A stretch of 64,000 nucleotides of DNA from an uncultured Coriobacteriia bacterium (GTDB lineage Bacteria; Actinomycetota; Coriobacteriia; Anaerosomatales; PHET01): assembly GCA_963751505.1 (NCBI GenBank), contig CAVVUM010000008.1, positions 31,475 to 95,474 of the forward strand. Reading direction: 5' to 3'. Shown here one piece after another: positions 58,210 to 64,000 of the stretch. Both the position numbers and the translations under genes were made by a program. The notes below the pieces were generated by a model, which did no database searches, was not told the origin of the DNA, and saw nothing but the letters and a program-made list of their open reading frames with translations. The stretch's first letter is position 1. The number at the start of each line of letters is the position of its first letter.

Positions 58210-59024
58210 ATGTCCTCGATGGAACAGGGTCTCTACGAGCTGGGGTGGCTCGACCAGTTCTCGAGCCGCGACACCCCCGTACACCGCGTCGATCCCCGGG
58301 CCAAGGTCGTGGCGACGCTCGTGTTCCTGGTGTGCGTCGTCTCGTTCGACAAGTACGACGTCCTCGGCCTGGTGCCGTTCGTGGTCTTCCCCGTCGTGCT
58401 GGCGAGCGAGAGCGGCATGCCCTATCGCGAGCTCGCGAAGCGGCTGGCGGTTGCGGCGCCCTTCGCGCTCGTGATCGGCATCTTCAATCCGATACTCGAC
58501 CAACAGGTCGTCGGCAACCATCGGTCCGCTCACGATCACCGCGGGCATGGTGAGCTACGTCTCCATCATCGCCCGCTTCCTGCTCACGACGAGCGCCGCG
58601 CTGCTCCTCGTGGCAACCACCGGGATGAACGGCGTGTGCGCCGGCATCGAGCGCCTTGGCGCGCCCGACGTCTTCTCCACACAGCTCCTGCTGCTCTACC
58701 GCTACATCTTCGTGCTTGCCGAGGAGGCCATGCGGCTCTCCCGCGCCCGCGCGCTTCGGGCGGTTGGGAAGACGCGGCATGGGGGTGCGGGTCTACGGCA
58801 ACATCATGGGGCACCTGCTCCTGAGGGCGGTGGCGCGCGCGCAGCGGGTCTACGAGGCGATGCAGTGCCGCGGATTCGACGGACGCGTGCGTATCCGGCG
58901 CACGCTGCACATGCGCCCGAGCGACTGGGTGTTCGTCGTCGCGTGGTCGTTCGCCTTCGTCGTCTTCCGTGTCTTCGACGTGCCCGTCCTGATCGGCGAG
59001 CTGCTGACCGGGTTGATCTCGTGA
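58210..59024 (+). CDS. cbiQ: ECF transporter transmembrane component CbiQ/NikQ (frame-broken)
   Basis: 'RDTPVHRVDPRAKVVATLVFLV..', 'ARFLLTTSAALLLVATTG..LLLLYRYIFVLAEEAMRLSRARALR', '..RAQRVYEAMQCRGFDG'. Confidence 0.8.
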
Positions 59025-59795
59025 GCCACCATTCCATCTCAGTGGCAGACCTCGGGTTCACCTATCCCGATGGCACGCGTGCCCTCGACGGCGTCTCGTT
59101 CGAGGTCGGGCACGGCGAGTCCATCGCGCTCGTAGGCGCGAACGGGGCCGGCAAGTCCACGCTGCTCATGCACCTCAACGGACTCCACTACGCCGAGACG
59201 GGCAGCGTTCGTATCGGCGACGTGCCGGTCACCAAAGACACCCTGCCCTCGATACGCAGGAGCGTGGGGATGGTCTTCCAGGACCCCGACGACCAGCTGT
59301 TCATGCCGACCGTCGCCGAGGACGTGGCGTTCGGCCCCATGAACCTTGGCCTGTCCGACGACCGAGGTCGACGCGCGCGTGCACGATGCCCTGGCTCGCG
59401 TGGGCGCGAGCGACCTTGCGACACGGCCGCCCTACCGCCTCTCCGGCGGCGAGAAGCGGGCGGTCGCCATCGCGACCGTGCTCGCGATGTGCCCGAACAT
59501 CCTGGTGATGGACGAGCCGTCGAGCAACCTCGACCCCAAGGCCAGGCGGCGACTCATGGAGCTGCTCGGCACCTTCGAGCACACGAAGATCATCGCCACC
59601 CACGACTTGGAACTCGTCGCCGAGCTGTGCGAGCGCACGATCGTCATGTGCGAAGGGACCATCGCGGCGGACGGACCGATGCGCGAGGTCTTCGCCGATT
59701 CCGAACTCCTCGACGCGTGCGGGCTCGAGCAACCGGCATCGCTGCGCCCGTGCCCGAACTGCGGCCACGTCACGCGGGACCGCAATCCCGGCTGA
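59021..59795 (+). CDS. cbiO: ECF transporter ATPase CbiO/NikO (frame break near 59350)
   Basis: GTG 59021 overlaps the cbiQ stop (GTGA). Walker A 'GANGAGKSTLL', 'VFQDPDDQLF', signature 'LSGGEKRAVAIA', Walker B 'ILVMDEPSSNLD'. Confidence 0.9.
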
Positions 59796-59875
59796 GCTGC
59801 CTGCGAGGGTGGCCGAACGGGCGGCTGGTAGAATCGCCCCGTGACTTCGCATACCCGACACCCAGCGCCAGGCTC

Positions 59876-60484
59876 ATGCACCCAAGGAAGGGCCGCCGAC
59901 GCTCTACGAGTGTCAGACATGCCTCCACATCACCGATGAGGTCCGGTACGCGCGCGGCGAGGCCCCCTGCCCGGCCTGCCACACGGTGTCCGCCTCGTGG
60001 CGCAAGATGCCCGCCGAGCGCCTGCGTCGCTTCGACGAGCGCATCCGGCATCATCACGCGAGCGGCGACTCCGAGGTGGTCGTGATACTGGTCTCGACCT
60101 TCCTCGAGACCGTGCTCGAGGACCTGCTCGCCCGGATGATGCAGGCCCAAGGCGCGGGCAGCAAGGTGATCGCTCTCGTGCTCGACACCGAGCGCAGCGT
60201 GGGTCAGCGAATCGGCAAGCTCTTCCCCACGCTCGCCGGCGAGTCGTTCGAGGATGTCGCGGCCCATCTCGGCTACCGTGACTACCCGCACCGCTGGCGC
60301 CAGCTGCGCGCCGCGCGCAACGCGTTCATCCACGGCGAGTCCTTCGATGACCCGCGCGAGACCCTCGACCACGGACACGGCAAACGAGGCGATGGACCTG
60401 CTCGACCAGGCGTACGAGCTGTTCATCCTGGTGAACAACCGCTACGTCGCCAACGGGGGCACGCGGCGCCAGGCCGGTCGATGA
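59876..60484 (+). CDS. hypothetical Zn-ribbon plus helical-domain protein, translationally coupled to hypF (frame-broken)
   Basis: 'YECQTCLHITDEVRYARGEAPCPACH' (CxxC-N17-CxxC), then 'VVVILVSTFLETVLEDLLARMM..RQLRAARNAFIHGESF..AMDLLDQAYELFILVNNRY'. The stop TGA 60482..60484 overlaps the hypF ATG 60481. Confidence 0.45.
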
Positions 60485-62861
60485 GGGCCCTGCAACTGCA
60501 CGTCACCGGCATCGTGCAGGGCGTCGGGTTCCGACCGTTCGTCTACAACCTCGCGGTGTCGGAGGGCCTGACCGGCTGGGTGCTCAACGCCTCCGACGGC
60601 GTGCACTGCGTCGTCGAGGGCCCGGCCGCCGCCGTCGACGCCTTCCCCGCGCTGCTTCGCGAGCGCGCCCCGGCGATGTCGGTCATCGAGCACGTCTTCG
60701 CCGAGGAGGTCGAGCCGCAGGGGTTCTCGGCATTCGAGATCCGCGAGTCGAAGGCCGAGGCCGGCGCGATGACGCTCGTCTCGCCCGACATCGCGACGTG
60801 CCCCGACTGCACCGCCGAGCTGTTCGACGCGGCCGACCGACGCTACCGCTATCCCGTTCATCAACTGCACGAACTGCGGCCCGCGCTTCACGATCATCGG
60901 TGACGTGCCCTACGACCGCCCGATGACGACGATGCGCGACTTCCCGATGTGCGAGTCGTGCGCCGCCGAGTACGCCGACCCGGCCGACCGGCGCTTCCAC
61001 GCCCAGCCCGACGCGTGCTTCGTCTGCGGTCCGCGCCTGTACCTCAACGCCGAGGGCGTCGCCGACGGACTGGCGCTGGTCGCCGGAGCGCGAGGTCTCG
61101 CCGCGGCCGCACCGCGAGCCGCACGCCGAGCGCGAGCGCTCGGATGCGATCGTCTCGGCAGTCGCGCGACCTGCTCTCGCAGGGCAGCATCGTCGCCTCG
61201 AAGGGACTCGGCGGCTTCCACCTCGCGTGCGATGCCACCGATCCCAGCGGCCGTCGCGCGCCTGCGCGAGCGCAAGCACCGCTGGGGCAAGCCGCTCGCG
61301 ATCATGGTGCGCGACCTCGACGCGGCGCGCGCGTACTGCGAGGTCGGCCCGATCGAAGCCGAGCTGCTCGCCGGCGCCGTGCGGCCGATCGTGCTGCTGC
61401 GCCGGCGCACCGACGAGTTCGTGCCCGCGCCCGGAGCCCCCGCGCCCCTCGCGGACGGGGTCGCCGACGGCCTCGCCGAGATCGGCGTCATGCTGCCGTA
61501 CACGCCGCTGCACCACCTGCTCATCCGCGCCGTCGACGGTCCGCTCGTGATGACCAGCGGCAACCGCAGCGAGGAGCCGATCGCCACCGGCAACGCCGAG
61601 GCGCTCGAGCGCCTGGGCGACATCGCGGACGCGTTCCTGCTGCACGACCGCGAGATCTACAGCCGCTACGACGACAGCGTGGTGCGCGTCGTGGGCGACA
61701 TCGTCGAGCCGGTGCGGCGTGCGCGCGGCTACGCTCCCCACCCCGTGCCGCTCCCCTTCACGACCGACATCGACATCCTCGCCGCGGGGCCCGAGCAGAA
61801 GAACACGTTCGCACTTCTCAAGGGCGACTACGCGTTCGTCTCTCAGCACATCGGCGACCTGGAGAACGCCGAGACGCTCGAGAGCTTCGCCGAGACGCTC
61901 GGCCTGTTCGAGCGCCTCTTCCGAATCGAGCCACGCATCGTCGCGCACGACCTGCACCCCGAGTACCTCTCGACGAAGTGGGCGCTCGACCTCGAACTGC
62001 CGAAGGTCGGCGTGCAGCACCACCACGCCCACATCGTGAGCGTGACCGCCGAGCACGGCGTGGACGACCGCGTCGCCGGCGTCGCGTTCGACGGCACCGG
62101 CTACGGCGAGGACGGCCGCATCTGGGGCGGCGAGGTGCTCGTCGCGGACTGGGCCGGCTACGAGCGCTTCGCGCACCTGCGCTACGTGCCGATGCCGGGG
62201 GGCGCGGCCGCCGTGCGCCGGCCGGCCCGCATGGCGCTCGGCACGCTGCACGCGCTCGGGCTGCTCGATCACCCCGGTGCGGCGCCGCTTCGTTCTCGGC
62301 TGGCCGAGGGCGAGGAGCGCACGCTCGTCACGATGGTCGAGCGCGGCGTCAACTCGCCGCTCACGAGCTCGATGGGTCGCCTGTTCGACACCGTGTCGGC
62401 GCTCGCGGGGGTCGCCGACGACGCTCGCTACGAGGGCGAGGCCGCGATCCTGCTCGAGGCGCGCGCAGATCCGGAGGCGCAGTGGCTCGTACGCGTTCGC
62501 GCTCGTGCCGCCCGCCGAGCACGGGGCGCCGTTCACCATCGACCCGACCCCGGTGCTCGCCTCAGTACTGGACGACGTCGCTGGTGGGATACCTGTCGGG
62601 GTAATCTCCGCGCGGTTCCACCGTGCGGTGGTCGGGTGTATAGTCTCGTCTGGCAAGGCGGCGGCGGAGCGCGCCGGCACGGACTACGTCGCCTTGGCCG
62701 GAGGCGTGTTCATGAACCGACTCGTGCTCGCGGGCGCGGTGAACGAACTCGAATCGGCTGGGCTGAAGCCTCTCACCCACGTGAGGCTGCCGGCGAACGA
62801 CGCCGCCGTCTCGTTCGGGCAGGCCGTCGTCGCGTGGGCGCGTCGGCACGAGGTGTGCTAG
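60481..62861 (+). CDS. hypF: [NiFe]-hydrogenase maturation carbamoyltransferase HypF (several frame breaks)
   Basis: Acylphosphatase domain 'VTGIVQGVGFRPFVYNLA'. Zn fingers 'CPDCTAELFD..RRYRYP.INCTNCGPRFTII' and 'MCESCAAEYADPADRRFHAQPDACFVCGP'. YrdC-like 'IVASKGLGGFHLACDA'. Kae1-like 'VGVQHHHAHI'. Confidence 0.9.
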
Positions 62862-62917
62862 CCGATAGGGCGGGCCAGCCTTAGATACTGGCACCAGCGG
62901 CCAAAGGAGTCTGCAGC

Positions 62918-63169
62918 ATGTGTCTCGCAATCCCCGCGCGCGTCTCAAGCATCGACGAGAACCGCATGTCGACGGTCGACATCATGGGCGTGACCCGCAA
63001 GGTCTCGCTCGATCTCGTCCCCGAGGCTGAGATCGGCGACTTCGTTCTCGTCCATGCCGGCTTCGCCCTGCAGGTGATCGACGAGGCCACCGCCAACGAC
63101 ACGCTCGACTTGCTGAAGACTCTGCCGTTCTTCGCAGAGGACGAGGGCCTGCATCGCCGAGGGGGCGTA
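62918..63169 (+). CDS. hypC: hydrogenase assembly chaperone HypC/HupF (3' end needs a frame correction)
   Basis: 'MCLAIPARVSSIDENRMSTVDIMGVTRKVSLDLVPEAEIGDFVLVHAGFALQVIDEATANDTLDLL'. AAAGGAG RBS. The probable stop is TAG 63167..63169. Confidence 0.8.
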
Positions 63170-63177
63170 GGCGCTCC

Positions 63178-64000
63178 ATGGACCTCTCGGCGTTCCGCGA
63201 CCCTGAGATCGCCCGGGGTCTCATCGAAGCTATCCAAGCCGCCGATCCCGGCCGTCAGGTCAAGATCATGGAGGTCTGCGGCACCCACACGGTATCCATC
63301 GCCAAGAACGGGCTGCGGGGCGTGATGCCCGAGTGGCTCACGCTGCTCTCCGGGCCGGGCTGCCCGGTGTGCGTCACCGCGAATCACGACATCGACACCG
63401 CCATCGCGATCGGCCAGGTGGAAGGCGTCACGCTCACCACCTTCGGCGACATGATGAAGGTGCCGGGCAGCTACTCCTCGCTCTCGCGCGAGAAGGGCGA
63501 CGGCCGCGACGTTCGCATCGTCTACTCCCCGCTCGACGCGCTCGCGCTTGCCGAGAAGGACCCGTCGCGTCAGGTCGTGTTCGTCGCCGTCGGCTTCGAG
63601 ACCACCGCGCCGCTCATCGCCGCAGCGATCCTGCGCGCGAAGGAGGCCGGCATCGAGAACTTCAGCGTCTTCTGCGCGCACAAGACCGTGCCCGCCGCGC
63701 TCGGCGCGCTCGTGAACGATCCCGAAGTCCAGGTCGACGCGTTCATCCTGCCGGGCCACGTCTCGACGATCATCGGGATGGAGCCCTACCGCTTCCTCGC
63801 CGAGGAGTACCACGTCCCCGGCGTCATCGCAGGCTTCGAGCCGGTCGACATGCTGCAGGCCATCTGGATGCTCGTCTCGCAGCTCAAGGAAGGCCGCGCG
63901 GAGATCGAGATCGCGTACCGCCGCGGCGTCGAGCCGCAGGGCAACGAACACGCGCGCAAGATGGTCGACGAGGTCTTCGAGCCGATCGACGCCGACTGGC
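63178..64000 (+). CDS. hypD: hydrogenase maturation protein HypD (3' truncated by the window end)
   Basis: My own translation from ATG 63178 gives 'MDLSAFRDPEIARGLIEAI..IMEVCGTHTVSIAKNGLR..LLSGPGCPVCVT..FGDMMKVPGS..VGFETTAP..PGHVSTIIG'. The frame is open to the end of the window. Confidence 0.9.
   Translation, partial: MDLSAFRDPEIARGLIEAIQAADPGRQVKIMEVCGTHTVSIAKNGLRGVMPEWLTLLSGPGCPVCVTANHDIDTAIAIGQVEGVTLTTFGDMMKVPGSYSSLSREKGDGRDVRIVYSPLDALALAEKDPSRQVVFVAVGFETTAPLIAAAILRAKEAGIENFSVFCAHKTVPAALGALVNDPEVQVDAFILPGHVSTIIGMEPYRFLAEEYHVPGVIAGFEPVDMLQAIWMLVSQLKEGRAEIEIAYRRGVEPQGNEHARKMVDEVFEPIDADW

Noticed and set aside
60683-62680. 665-aa ORF on the minus strand.
   Set aside because: It is antisense to hypF and has no recognisable motifs. 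It is a GC-rich antisense artefact.
62881-63951. 356-aa ORF on the minus strand.
   Set aside because: It is antisense to hypC/hypD. The plus-strand translations match those families residue by residue.

Overview
This is a GC-rich chromosomal core segment; third codon positions are overwhelmingly G/C. It carries about 55 protein genes. I can support no rRNA, tRNA, CRISPR array or mobile element. An Actinomycetota-like Gram-positive host is inferred from the dnaK-grpE-dnaJ-hspR cluster, the sortase plus LPXTG protein, and a DUF6049-like/trxB/trxA arrangement. Cytochrome bd, ferredoxins, Ni uptake and hypFCD give it an anaerobe or microaerophile flavour. Order from left to right: bactofilin-like gene with a membrane partner; DUF554; NYN nuclease; PQQ sugar dehydrogenase; bcp; ltaE plus a D-Cys desulfhydrase-like PLP enzyme; Tat-DUF362 plus membrane polyferredoxin; MacB/FtsX ABC exporter; HdeD-like; rsgA; metY-metX-metW; flavin reductase; DUF438/hemerythrin/PAS; two MFS transporters; cydAB; clpB and the dnaK operon; ferredoxin; CapA; alpha/beta hydrolase plus CPBP protease; membrane GDPD; UDG-like, epimerase and sortase; a secreted HExxH protein; a ~6 kb LPXTG surface protein built of tandem ~114-aa repeats; lon; a large secreted protein; PIN-TM-TPR; trxB-trxA; cbiM(N)/nikR-cbiQ-cbiO; a Zn-ribbon gene; hypF-hypC-hypD (truncated at the window end). 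Main caveat: by my reading about thirty of these genes can only be read after 1-nt frame corrections. Gene ends and pseudogene status are therefore uncertain, and several coordinates are approximate. Most interesting observations: (i) bcp has an in-frame TGA exactly at the peroxidatic Cys codon, followed by a hairpin, making it a selenoprotein candidate. (ii) A Met-codon-rich upstream ORF lies in the metY-metX-metW leader. (iii) The LPXTG giant has near-identical internal repeats. (iv) An uncharacterised Tat-DUF362/polyferredoxin redox pair is present. (v) A Zn-ribbon gene is translationally coupled to hypF.
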